DNA from: Fonticula alba ATCC 38817
Taxonomy: Eukaryota; Protista; Nucleariida
DNA: 64,000 nucleotides
Strand: one strand, 5' to 3'
Assembly: GCA_000388065.2 (NCBI GenBank)
Contig: KB932209.1
Of the stretch, positions 24,581 through 37,417 are shown piece after piece (position 1 is the first letter of the stretch; every line of letters starts with the position of its first letter). A model generated the notes under the pieces. It was not told where the DNA came from and did not search any database. It saw only the letters and a list, made by a program, of their open reading frames with translations. A program made the position numbers and the translations under genes.

Positions 24581-27500
24581 AGGCTATCAGCTCCAGCCTC
24601 GGCTCGACTGGGTCTCGGGGAGCAGGTTCCCCGCTGGCCCGAGGCTCGGTCATCGTGTCGTCCGAATGCCCGGAGCCTGTGCAGCTGCCCCCGGCCGCCG
24701 CCCCGGCGGACCTGCTGGCCACCGGCTCCACCGGTAGCCTCGACCCTCTGGAAGGGGGCGTCGATGAGGACTGCGAAACCCGCTCGGAGCTCTCCGCCAC
24801 CACCGACTCCGAACCCGAGCACGCATCCGAATCCCAGATCGCGTCCGATTCCGACTCCGACTCCGACTCCGACTCTGACTTTGACTCCGACAGCGAGTCC
24901 GACCCCGGGCCCGAGGCCGACCTGGGCGGCCTCGGCGAGGCAGAGCCTGGTGCCATGCCACCCTGTTTGCCCCCTGCCCCGGTGGCCATGGCCCCGTCAG
25001 CCCAGCCGCCAGATGTGCCTCCCGCTGCCGCCATCCCGCTGCCGGCGCCATTGCTACCGGCGCCACTGGTCGCGGAGATGCCTGTTTCCGAATCGCGTCC
25101 TCTCTCGGAGGTGGGCGCCTCCTGCATGGGAGTGGCCCCGGCCGAGGGATTGTCACCCAAGCACGCTCTTCCCCCGCCTCTGGAGACGGCCCCCGGCCCG
25201 GCGTCTTCCCTGTCATCTCCTCCCCCGCCGGCACTGGCCCCCGCCTCTCTCCCTTCATCTCTCGGGCCTGAGTCGACAACTGGACCTCTGCCAGCAGGCG
25301 CGAGTGCCGCGCCCCTGGCCCAGAACACCCTGCCGTCGGCCACCCCGGCCACCCCCCCTCCATCGACCATGCAACTCGTCAAGGATCATGAGCAACTCTC
25401 TCGGACCCTCTCTTCCCGGAGGCCGACGCCCCGTACGCTCCCTCCCCCGCTCGTCTTTCCATGCTCTCCCTCGCTGTCCCTCAGTCTCGCAAGGTGCCCT
25501 TCCATTGCACGTCATAGGAAGCAACTCACCTCGACGCCTCGCTTCCCCTCCTTTCCCTCCGCCACCGCCACACGCAAACATATGCACCTGCCCATCCCGC
25601 TCTCGTCCCTCCCTCTGCCCCTGGAGGCAGGCCGTTCCAACACGGCTGCCCGGCCGGCCCTTTTCCAAAGCACCCCCAATGAGCAGGAGGCCGGCTTCCA
25701 GCTCCCCTACTCCCGGTCATGTCCCTGCTGCCGGTCAGGGGCGCCGTGCACCGCCTGCATCGAGGTGAGCCCCTTCGCCCAGCGTGGGAGCTTCCGCCTG
25801 GACTCCGGAGCCAGCATGCTGGCTGACCCCTCGCTTCCCGGGGAGTCATGTCCGTCGTGCATGCAATCGGCAGCCGCCGTCGCCGCTGCCGTTGCCGCCG
25901 CCACCACCAGTGGCAGTGCCCTTTCGGGTGGGTGTCTTTCCGATCACTCGGGGACACTGATGCCGGACCTTCACACCCCGGATCCGCCGGAGGCCAATGG
26001 CCTATCCTCGGGGGTCTACACCGGCCCCGCCTCGTTGGACGAATGCCTGATGGCCCCGAGCACCTTCCCCAGTGAATGCGACCTCCCGACGGAATTCTCC
26101 CCCTCCATCCGGGCCACCAGGCGGCCAAATTCCTCCACCGCCGCCGAGGACAAGCGCCACACTGTGGCCGCCATCACGGCCACCCTCTTCCGGCAGGACT
26201 GTCCGGCTTCCAAGCTGATGAAGCGCTACTCGCAGCTCCTGGGCAAGGACTACCTCCGGAGCGTGCTGCGAGTGCCGGTGCTGACCATTTGCAACGGCCC
26301 CCCTATCGAGGTACGATCAGCCCCATCACGACCTTACATGTGTGTCTGTGGGTCAGGGGAGGGGGGGGGGGGGGGCGGGGAGGGACGCCAGAGCATTCCT
26401 CTTTTGCCTCATCGCCTCTGGCCCTCGTGAACGGGTGGGAGGAGGATGACACGCCGGGCCGACGCACGTCGCTCACTTTCCTGCCTCTCTGCTTTGCCTT
26501 TCTCCTTTCTTTCGGGGCCGGGGGCATCTTTGCCATCTCCCCTTCGCGGCCCGCGTCCGGCGACTGGCCATGCATCTGCCAGATCGACCCCGCGCGCTTG
26601 CGGCCTGGAATGTGTCTACGTGCGGGACAGGCGCGGCTGGAGTCCGCCTGCATGTCGCTCCTGTCGGCCATCTTCTCCTCGCGGCTCATGATGCCCGGGG
26701 AAATCCAGCGTCTGTGCTTCTCGCTCTTTTCGGCGGCCGAGCGGCAGTTCGACCTGACCACCGCACTGCAAGCCCTCGGCGGGTATCTCTTCTTGCGCTT
26801 CTTCTGCCCGGCCATCGTGCAGCCCCAGTCGCATGGGATTTGCCAGGCGTCCGAGTGCTCAAGCCCCGGGGCCCTGCGCAGCTTGGTCCTCGTCACCAAG
26901 GTCCTCCAGAACCTGGCCAACAATGTGGACTTCGGTCACAAGGAGGCCTTCATGACGCCGACCAATACCTTCCTGGCGCAAATGCGCCTGCATTTGGTGG
27001 AGTACCTGGTTAGCTTTGCCGATGGCGCGTCCTTCCGAGCGGAGGCCTTGGCGGCGGTGCGCCCCGGCCCGGCCGGCTCGCGCCCTGGCACCATGCTCTC
27101 CGGGGTGCTGGATATCCCGGCGTCCGATTTGCCCAGCCCGCTGAGTGATGCGCCCGACTCGCCGACGCCCGATTTCGGAGATGGCACTCTGTCGAATTCC
27201 GGCCCCGGCCTCGGGCTGGATCTCGGGCCCGGTTCCGGGGCCGGGGTCAATCTCGACACCGGCCACACCGGCAGCTGTGGCAACGGTCGCACGAGCCTTT
27301 CGGCTCCTCGGTCAGCCGGGCCGCCCCTGGTGGCGGCGGCTGGCCGCATGTCCTCTTCGCCATCCGGAGGCAGCCCCCTCGGTCGGACGGCCAGCTTGCC
27401 ATCGGTCGTTCCGCCGGAGGATCAGGCCTCGGGCGGGCCGCTCGGCGGGTCGGCCTCCTGGACGGTATCCTGCCACGATGGCAGCCCCTGTGGCGGGTGC

Positions 27501-30500
27501 ATCTCGCCCGGGGTGTCGGTTCACGGGCAGCCATGGGACTCGGCGGCCGCCTTCGCCCATATGTCTCAAGCCGGGCTCTTCGGCGTGCCGGCCGGCTTCC
27601 CGACAACCCCTTCGGACCTGAACCTGGCGGAGGCCGTGTCGCCGAAGCTCTTCACGGCGTACATCAGCCCGCCCACGCGGCTGGCCGAGTGTGCGGTTCT
27701 CCTGGCCAAGAAGTGCAACCAGGCCCTCGAGCGGGATACCCTTCTCCGGTCGCAAATCAGCCCGACCGCCATCGGCCGGGTGGTGGATATCCTGGCCCGG
27801 GCGCCGCTCCTGCCGGAGCGCCTCTTCGGGCTGTTTGTCCGGTCCGGGCGGTTCTTCGTGCAGGCGGTCTGTTCGACGTGCAGCTCCTCCGAGCTGGATG
27901 CCCTGATGGATGCCCTCATTTGTGCCTTTTCCCATGGCTCGGCCGATTCGGACATTTCCTCCGAGACCTCCGCCAGTCAGTATGGCTTGGCGGTGGGGCC
28001 GGCCGGCGGGGCCACCGGCACTGGCCCGGCCACCCGGCCGGCCCCGGCCCGCCAGACCTTCCAGCTGCTGGACTGGTTCCTGACCGACGAGCTTCAGAGC
28101 TCGCGCATCTTCGCCCGGCGGTATGACGTCCCCAGCGTCCTGTCGTCCATCTCGCTGGCCATCGTCTACCCGCACCTGCCATTGAATGCCTTGCGTGCCG
28201 GGCTGCTGGTCAAGGCCGGTGGCTCGATCAAGACATATCGCCGGCGCTGGTTCATCCTGACCGACACCTCGCTGGCATACTACAAGTCCGAGGAGGATGC
28301 CCATCCCCGGGGGCGCATTTTCCTGGACCAGGTGAAGGAGGTCCGTCTCTTGGACACCACCTCGCAGTCGGCCCTGGCCGCGGCACAGTTCACCAAGGCA
28401 GTGACCATGCGCCCGGCGGCCGGGCCGGCCGCCGCGGCCTCCTCCTCGGCCACGGCCGATGCCTTGACCGCCGCGCGATTGCACTCGGCCACCAGCCAGA
28501 CCGTGCTCCATGGCGACGAGGAGGACCACCCCCCCGACATGGGGCCCACGGTGCAGCCTGGCAAGTGCCCCACTTCGGAGGCTGGCCATTCACCGGGCCT
28601 CGCTGCCAGGCTGGCGGAAGCCGACCCCGGGATCTACCCCACTCGGGTGGCCACGCGCGGGCCGGAATTCCCGGCCGAGCGCTCGGCGTCCGGGGCCGGG
28701 CCTTCCCCGGCCGACGGCGACCGGGCTGCCATCGGTGCAGGCCCCGGCGCCCTGCCACCTCCGCCGGTGGCATTGCCATGCTCCACTTCATCTGTGCTCA
28801 TGTCCAAGCAGCAGCAGCAGCAACTCCATGGATTGACCTCGGCAGCCACCGGCGAGGTGCTCTTCTCGCCTGCCGACGCCGCCGGCGGCCCGGGCGCGGT
28901 TCCCACCGCCCCCGCCTCCGGCGGGCCGCTCTCGCTGGCTCTCTTTTCGTCGCACACCCTGCCTGCGCGCATGCCCCAAGCAACGTCGGTTGTGGGCCCC
29001 GGGCCGCCGGGCCCGGGCGCCGGCTCGGCCGCCAACCCCGGCACGAGCCCTGCCTCGGGCACTGGCTTGCCGCCCGGCACGCCGTCCTCCTCGTCCTCGC
29101 ACTTGTGCTGGTTCGAGATTGTCACCATCGATCGGACATACATGATGGCCAGCGACTCGCCGGCCGACCGGACAGCCTGGGTGTCCGAGCTCCGGCAGGC
29201 AGTCCTGTCGGCCGGGCGCCCGGGACCGATGCTGCCCAGCTCGATGGCCCCTGCGGCCGGCGGTGCTCCGGCCCCAACGGCGGCCATCGGGTTTGCTCTG
29301 CTTTCTGGCGGATCGCCAGCCGCCAGATCCGGGCTCCAGACCCCCGGCAGCTCGGCCTCGGTCCTGCTCATGTCCTCGGCCTTGCAGCTGTCGGCTAGCA
29401 TGACTTCCGGCGCGCGGTCCATCCAGCGCCCGGCCCATCCCCCGGCTGCCTGTCTGTCCGACGGCGAGGGCCATGATCACGACGAGGACAATGAGGGCGA
29501 CAATGATGAGGCGAATCCCACCGATGAGGATGGCGAGCATGGCCCAGGCCAGGATAGGGGGTCAGATGGCGCGGGCGCCGTCTGCCTTCTCGCCTCGGCG
29601 TCTGCGGCGTCGGGTTCGCTGGGGCTCGGCCGGCCGGTGAAGCCGCCGGTTTCGGCCCCGGATGCCGGCCTGACGGCCAGCGCTCTGGACCCCCACTCGC
29701 CGGACATGGTGGTGGCGGCGGCGAACTTGGCCTCCATGGCCGAGGCGGCCGGGCTGCCGGCCAACGCGCCGAACTATGTTTCGCTGGATGCCGGGGCCAT
29801 CCACGCGGCATTGGATGCCCTTCGCCCCCGGGCGTCGGCCCCGGCCTTTGAGGGGTACCTCACCTGCCTGCATCAGGGCCGGACGATGCGGGCGCATTTT
29901 GTCCTGCGGAATTTGATCCTCTACCAGTTCTCCTCGCCCAAGGTGGCGGCGGCCTACTTCCGGGAGACTGGCGATACCCCCGGGGCATCGGACCCGGCGC
30001 TGGCCGCGCGGCCGGTCCTCTTCGGCCCGGCCAGCAGCTGGGCCCGGCCCGATCGGGCCATCGGCCTGAACCAGGTGGCCTCGGTGCGCACGCTGCCCAC
30101 CCTGCGGCTGAATTTCACCCTCATGCTGCAGGCGGCCGGGGCCCCGGAAACCGGGGGGCTCCCCTCACGGGCGTCTCTTCACCCGGCCGGGTATTTCCAA
30201 TTCATCGCCGACCGCGAGAGTGACATGCAGCAGTGGCTGATCCAGCTGACCCGGGCGGCGCAGCTTTTCCGCCCGCTGCTGGTGCCGGACGTCGGGGTGT
30301 TCGGCTCGCTGGCCACCGATGCCGTGGCCGGCTGGCTCTGTCTGGAGGGCCCGGCCCCGGGGCTCGACCAGGGCGGCGATCTGACCATGGACATCGTGCA
30401 TGGGCTCAATGCGCTGGCTCTGCAGCCGGCCGGCCCTGGCCCGGGCGCCGGTGCGACCGGTCGCTGGCGCAATGTGTGGGCCGTCCTGCGCGGGCGCTTC

Positions 30501-32254
30501 CTCCTGCTCTTCCCCTCGCCGGCCGAGGAGGGGAACGAACATTTGGCCCGCGGGCTGATCCCGCTGGACCAGGGCACTCGCGTGCATCTGCTGCCCGGGC
30601 TGCAGGCATTCTGCATCGAGAGCGATCTGGCCGCGCTGCTGCCCTACCGGGGTCAATTTGTGCCGGGGTCGCCCTCGGGACCGGTGGCCGCGCGGTCGGC
30701 GGTCCGGCATCGGGGCTTCGATGGTGCCCCTGCCGCCGGGCCGGACGCCTCGTCCGAGGGCCGTGTGTTCTACCTGTTCATGGCCCGGTGCGATTCGCAT
30801 GCGGCCAATTGGCACACGCTTCTGGAATCCGGGGCCCGAGCAGCCTGGCCATCGGACGAGCCGCCACAGGCCGGCAGTCCCGCCGACCCCGAAGCGCTGC
30901 CCGCCTCGGAGCCCGTCACCACCAGCCCCCAGGTCAGTGAGGACTTCGGCTTGACACCGGAGCTGATCAACCTCCTGACCGGTGGGGCCACCAGCGAGTT
31001 GGGCAGCAATCCCCACAGGCAGTCATTCAATGACAGCTTGGCCACGCCGGGCAGCTCGCCCTCCACCTCGCCGGTGGACTGGCTGCCCCGGGCACTGAAC
31101 GACGATCCCGCCAGTGGCGACTCACATGGCCACCACCCGGCGGAGCCGCTGGCTCTCCTCCCTCCTGGTGCCGGGCTGACGCTGAGCATGGACTTCCCCC
31201 CGGCGGCGGCCGACCCGCTGGTCTATTCGGACTTCCTGGTGACCGCGCACTCGGTCTTTGCCGATCCGCGCACCCTGTCCATGTGGCGGCCGCGCTGGTT
31301 CACTCTCCGGGTGCGCCTTCGTCACATGCGCCGGCTCTGTGTCGACGCCCCCCCCCCCCCCCCCCCCCTCTCCATGGGCTTGGATTTTGGTGGATGACCT
31401 TTTTTCCTTCACGCACACACATACAGACACGCGCGCACGCTTCCGCCTGGTGGGGCTCTCCTGCCGCCCTTCTCTGACCCTTTCCGCCCGGCGTTCTCGC
31501 GATCATCGTTTGTGCGCCTGCAGGACAACGTCCTATCCTACTTCCGGACTCCGGCCTCCAGCCAGCCCCTTCTCCGGCTGAACCTCGCGCTGCCCGGCAC
31601 GAATGTCGGCCTGGCCACCGAGTTCCCTGAGAGTGCGTGTCTTTCTCCCTCCTTTTCCTCTTTCGGGGGGTCTGTTGCCATTTGCGTGGATTTCCCTGCC
31701 GCTCGGGCGGCGCTCCCCCCCTTTCGCCGGGCTCAAGGGCGGCGAGGCCGCACCGAGCAATGATGTGCAGGCCCCTCTGCCTGCTGGCCAGTGTCCTGAC
31801 CTCTTTGCCCGTCCCCTTGCTCGGCCCAATGTCACGGGCCTTCACCCGGACCCTCCTCTCAGTGGCCAACGTCATCCGCCGGCTGCGGGCTTCGCAAACC
31901 CTGCTCCAGGCACACCTGAACCCGCTGGAGTGTGCCTTCTTCATTACGGCTCCCCCGCGGAAGCACTTCTTCGCCCTGTGCAGCTCGCCGGAGGATGCTC
32001 AGATCTGGGTGACCCGGATCCAGGCGTGCATGGAGATTGCCAGGTCTCGGCGCCAGCGTCAATCGATGGCGCCCCAACCTGGGCGCCCCCTCGGCGGCGG
32101 CGGCACTGGTGGCCGGTCAGCCGTACGAGCATCTCGCCGCCTGGACTTCCCCCACTCCGGCACCGACTACGATTACTACTCCAAGAGCGGTGTGGACCCC
32201 GGGGACTCGACTGACAGTGGGCAATTTTCCTACGACGAGGAGGAGGAGGATTAG
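24581..32254 (+). CDS. Ras GTPase-activating protein with a low-complexity N-terminus, a RasGAP domain and four C-terminal PH domains. The true start lies upstream of 24581 and is unresolved.
   Basis: RasGAP motifs: arginine-finger region TLFRQDCPASKLM, GGYLFLRFFCPAIVQP, and LVLVTKVLQNLANN (about 26150-27020, one intron at 26311-26582). PH-A: GLLVKAGGSIKTYRRRWFILTDTSLAYY...WFEIVTIDRTYMMASDSPADRTAWVSELRQAV. PH-B: FEGYL...FQFIADRESDMQQWLIQLTRA. PH-C: VAGWL...WRNVWAVLRGRFLLLF...NWHTLLES. PH-D: SDFL...WRPRWFTLR|DNVLSYF...HFFALCSSPEDAQIWVTRIQAC. TAG at 32252-32254. Confidence 0.9.
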
Positions 32255-32898
32255 TGGCTGGAACTTAGCTTCTCCCTTCGTGCTGTGCTGGTCCTGTGTT
32301 GCCTTCCANNNNNNNNNNGGGGGGCCGCCGCAACCCCGCACGTTCGCCCCTCTCCCCACAGTGGGCTTCACACACTCGGTTCCAATACATCTCCGCTGTG
32401 CACATGTGACACGCATACAAACACACACACACACACACACACATAGCCAGCCCGGCGTTTTCAAAGGTATATGTGCCTGTGTGGGCGAGAGATACATGTC
32501 CCGATGAGGGGAGGACAGACATGAGTGCGGATGTGTGTGTGTGCGATTCACGCGGTCCTGTTTAGGCCGGGATTTTCCTCCCCACCACTCAAATGTGTGT
32601 GCGTGTGTGGAGATGCAGATGCAGGGGCTGCCTCGGCGGAGCGGGGAGTCCTTGCACCCCTGCACCAAGATGCCGGCGGCGGGGCGAGGAACAGGACAAT
32701 CGGAGAGGAGCAAGACAGACGCCGGCTCCCTCCTCGGGGCTTTATCGGAGGGCGCCCGAGACATATTAATTGTGTCCATTCTGTTGGAGTAGAACGTGGT
32801 TAATTCAGATCCCCGCTGTGACCATGTGTGCCCCCGTCGGGTGGTCAAGACAGCGACACAGCCAACAAGGCGGGACCGGCGCACGGGAGGAGGTCCCT

Positions 32899-32900
<2 letters not shown>

Positions 32901-32943
<43 letters not shown>

Positions 32944-32981
32944 GCAGGGGGGGGGGGGGGGGGCCCGGCGGGGGGGGGGGG
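32901..32981. repeat. Long poly-G tract (about 40 nt plus flanking G runs). A similar interrupted tract lies at 50945-51015.
   Basis: Read directly from the sequence. Confidence 0.95.
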
Positions 32982-33870
32982 GACAAACAGACGGGCATCG
33001 GGGAGGGTGCCAACGTGGGCGCACAGGCGGTGGCAGGAACGGCCAGCCGGCGCGTGGCTCCCAGGCCCCAGGCCCTTGTACCCCCTTTTCGTGCGCTCCG
33101 GGCCGGCACACGTTGTCCGGCTCTCGCATCCATCGGAACCTAGATCCCGGGCAAACAGCTGTGACTGGCCGGCAGGCGCGCGTGCTCGCGAGTCCCTCGG
33201 GGCAAACCCGATCGCACCCAACATTGACCCGGAGCCCGGGGCTGGGGCCCCATTGGCGGGCCCAGGCCTGGCATGCGGTTCCGCGCGCCGCCGCGCCCAC
33301 ACAGAGACGCGTGCGCACATGCCCGCGCGGCCCGAGGCCCCAGCCCCGGGCGTTCCCCAGCGAGACAGATCTGCACCTGCGGCCAGGACGACAGCCCGCA
33401 AGCAGGGTTGTTCAACGGGGAGGAGGGGGGGGGGGGGGGGACGGGGCCGAGGTGCGGCGTCACTCCAGTTGGTCACTCGGGGGGAAGACCGCCCTCAAGG
33501 GAGCACGGGCCCGCCGCGCTTCCTCGTTCTCGGTCCCCGCCCAGGCCCAGACTGCCCTTGTGCCGGGGAGGGCGTCCCGACTTTGAGTGGGGAAGAAGGA
33601 CAGCCTGGGGGGGGGGGGGGGGCCGCGCAGGGCTCCTGCCGAACACGTCTGAGTGGGCACCCGCGAGCCTTTTCCCGCACCGCCTTGGCCTGGCAGGGCT
33701 ATCCGCTGCGTCGGCCTCCGCTGCTGCTGCTGCTGCCTCCTGTCCCCTCTTTCCCCCCCCCCCCTACTCGTTGACCTCTTCCGCCCTCCCGTCACTCCTC
33801 CCCTCCTCTCCCGCACGTCAGCTCCCTCCCCTTTCTCCCCCTCTCCCGCCTCCGACACACCACCACCGCC

Positions 33871-35242
33871 ATGCTTCGCCAGGCTGGTTTCCGTTGCACC
33901 GCCTCCCTGAACGGCATGCTGGCCGCCCGCTCGGCCGGCGCCGGTCCCGCCCGCCAGATGTCCCACCTGGCCCGGCGGTCGGCTGTCGCCTGCACCGGGT
34001 CCCAGACCGCCTCGCTTCTGGCCCTGGCTCGTGCTGGCCCCGTCCCGCGCCCTGGGTCCGCTCCCCAGTGCGTCGCCTCCCTGCATGTCCCTTTGGCTTG
34101 TCGCCGGGCGGCCCGCATCTAACTCGGGGCATTCCGGTTTCTTTTTCTCCGCCCCCCCCCTCCCCCCCATCCCCCTCCGGCCGTTCCGGGATGAGCAGGC
34201 TCCCCGCTCATCAGCCCCTGCGGTTCTTCTCGCTTTCGACCGCCACCGGGATGAGCGCGCAGCCGGCCGGTGCCACCGGCTCCGGCAGCCTCACCCCCGA
34301 GCAGATCGTCAAGAACACCCGCAATGTGGCCATCATTGCTCACGTCGATCACGGCAAGACCACCCTGGTGGATACGCTGCTGAAGTCCTGCAATGAGGAG
34401 CTTTCCGGCGTGGATCGCGTGATGGACTCGGACCCGCAGGAGCGCGAGCGCGGCATCACCATTATGGCCTCGGCCACCTCGGTGTCCTACGGGGATTACA
34501 ACCTGAACATCGTCGACACGCCGGGTCACGCGGACTTTGGCGGTGAGGTGGAGCGTGTCCTGGGCATGGTGGACGCCGTGGTGCTGGTGGTCGATGCCAC
34601 CGAGGGCCCGATGACCCAGACCAAGGCCGTCCTGGCGAAGGCCCTGCAGAACCGCAAGCGGGCCGTGGTCATCCTCAACAAGGTGGACCGCGAGTCGGCC
34701 CGACTTGGGGCCGTGGAGAACGAGGTGTTCGACCTGTTCTGCTCGCTCGGCGCCGATGATGACCAGCTGTCCTTCCCGATTCTCTACACCTCCGGCCGTG
34801 ATGGCTGGGCCGTCGACAACCCGGATGACATTCCCCTGATCAAGTCCGGCAAGAAGACCGCCGACATGCGCCTGCTTCTGGACGCCATCATCGAGGTGAC
34901 CCCGTCCCCCGAGCCGGAGGCCCTGGCCAGCCCCTTCTCCATGGCTGTGACCATGATTCACCGCGAGCCCTTCCTCGGCCGCGTGGCCACCGGCCGCATT
35001 GCCACCGGCTCGGTCAAGGTCGGCGACCCGCTGCACGTCCTGCTGCCGAAGACCGCCAACGACAGCACCCCCACCGACTCCGGCCGTGTGACCAAGGTGC
35101 GCCCATGCATTTGCTCCGGGCCTTTCACCCCATCCGCCGATGAAGGGGCTCGGGAAAATGTCGCCCGCCCTTTGGCGGTTCCCCGCTCTTCCACGAGCCT
35201 GTGTTTGTCACTGCCCAGATTCTAACGCAAGCCTACAACCCT

Positions 35243-35289
<47 letters not shown>

Positions 35290-36843
35290 CGCAACACATG
35301 CCATCCACCAATCGCGAATGATCCGGGGTAAAAAACAACACCACCACCACACAGCTCCTCAAGCGCCGTGGTGTTGATCGCCTCGAGATCGAGGAGGCTC
35401 ACGCCGGCGATATTGTCATGATCTGCGGTCTGTCCAAGCCGCTGGTCACCAACACCGTGGCCTCGCCGTCGGTCACCGTGCCCCTGGACGTCATCCCCAT
35501 CGACCCGCCCACCGTGTCCATGATGTTCTCCCCGAATGACTCTCCCTTCAACGGCCGCGAGGGCAAGAGCATCACCTCGGCCCAGCTGCTGGAGCGCCTG
35601 CAGCATGAGATGGAGCACAATGTGTCCATCCGTGTTGGCCCGCATCCCACGCGGTCGGACTCCTTCGAGGTCCAGGGCCGTGGCGAGATGCAGCTCGGTG
35701 TGCTGATTGAGAACATGCGCCGCGAGGGCATGGAGTTCTCGGTTTCCCCGCCGACCGTCGTCTACCACAATGACGAGAACGGCCGCCAGGAGCCCATGGA
35801 GGAGGTGGTCATCGAGGTGGACGAGCAGTACACCGGCATTGTCATTGAGAAGGTGCGTGTCGATCCCGGCCACTCGCTCCCCCTCGTCCGACAGTTCATT
35901 GTCCGCTCTGTTGTTTTTTTTTCCCCCTGCCTCCGCAGCTCGAGACGCCGCGAGGCCAGCGGCATTGCCCCCTGCTTCCTTTGTCTGGCGGGATCTTTCC
36001 CCCATCACCACCCCTGCCACCATATCCACCTTGCTGACTGACCGGTGATCGGCCCCCCTCCCCCTTTTGCAGCTTTCCATCCGCAAGGGCGAGATGCTGG
36101 ACATGTCGCAGGAGCTCGGCAACAAGACCAAGCTCACCTTCCGCGTGCCCTCTCGTGGTCTGATCGGCTACCGGCCCATTTTCATGGTGGACACCCATGG
36201 CACCGGCATCATGAACCGTGCCTTCACCGAGTATGTCCCGTACCGCGGCCAGTTCGAGCGCGTGCGCAAGGGTGTCATCGTGTCCATGGACACCGGTGTG
36301 TCGACCGCCTTCGCGCTGAACTCCATCGAGGCCCGTGGCCAGCTGTTCATCGGCGCCAACGTCGATGTCTATCCGTACGTGCCCTTGCCTGTATCGGCTT
36401 CTCCCCCCTCCCCCCCCCCCCCCCTTGCCCTGGGGGGAGAGGCCGTTGAATGTCCGGTCCTGCCATGTATCATTGATCCTGCCGACTCCCGTGCCAGCGG
36501 GGGAAGGGCCACCGCCATACGGAGCTGACTAACATATCCCCTTTGTTTGCTTGCCTGCTTGTCATCATCCTGCCCCGCGCGCAGTGGCATGGTCATTGGC
36601 GAGCACAGCCGTGACAACGATCTCGACGTCAACCCCATTCGCGCCAAGAAGGTCACCAACATTCGGACCACCGCGGCTGACGAGCAGATTCGCCTGACCC
36701 CCCCGCGGCAGATGTCCCTGGAGGAGGCCCTTGGCTACATCAACCCCGACGAGTTGGTTGAGGTTACCCCGAAGAATGTGCGCATTCGCAAGCAGATCCT
36801 CGACGCTGGCAAGCGCCGCACCAACGCCAAGGTCATGGTCTAA
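33871..36843 (+). CDS. typA: TypA/BipA translational GTPase with a predicted mitochondrial presequence. Multi-exon.
   Basis: G-domain [18 protein letters not shown]...[15 protein letters not shown]...[23 protein letters not shown]...EGPMTQT...VILNKVDR. Domain [33 protein letters not shown]. BipA C-terminal domain [12 protein letters not shown]...KKVTNIR...[33 protein letters not shown]. The N-terminal roughly 85 aa are Arg/Ala/Ser-rich, contain no Asp or Glu, and end in LRFFS (intron 34068-34198). Confidence 0.95.
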
Positions 36844-37417
36844 GAGCACCAGCATCACCATGATCGCCGAAAAGGCCATCAGGGTGCACCACCCCTCTGT
36901 CGATGTCCTGCAAAATGGGGCTTGCCAGGAGTGAGCAACAGGGCAAGGGCTGCCATCGGGTGGGGGGGGGGGGGGGGGGGCGCGCGCGCCGTACACACGG
37001 AGGCCCGGGGGGGCGCCACACACATTGACTGCCTTCTTTTCCTTGCCGAGTGTGTCCCCCCCCCCTCCCCCTATGCGTCCCAGTGCCGGCCGTGTATGGG
37101 TGGTCGTCCTTTCGGCGAGCGTGCGCCCCCCATCCCCCCCCTCCCTCCCGCATGCGCAGACACGCGCCCCCTCTCACCCCGCGGAGGCCAATGCAATTTC
37201 CCAAACACCCAGCATTCTCCTTTGCGCATTTATCCCGGCATGGGGGGCGTGGGGCACATGTGTTGTGTGTATGTGTGTGTGTGAGGAGGAAAGCAGGGGA
37301 GATGGCATGACTCAGGGACAAATGCGCAAAAGGGAGGCACAGGGCAATGCACAAGAAGGGAGGAGAAGAGGAGGGGATCTACGTTGGATTATGGTACAGG
37401 GAAAGGGCGGAGGCATC

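Noticed and set aside
33871-36843. TypA as bacterial contamination
   Set aside because: The gene has spliceosomal introns with the host donor consensus, a targeting presequence and host codon usage, and is flanked by eukaryotic genes.
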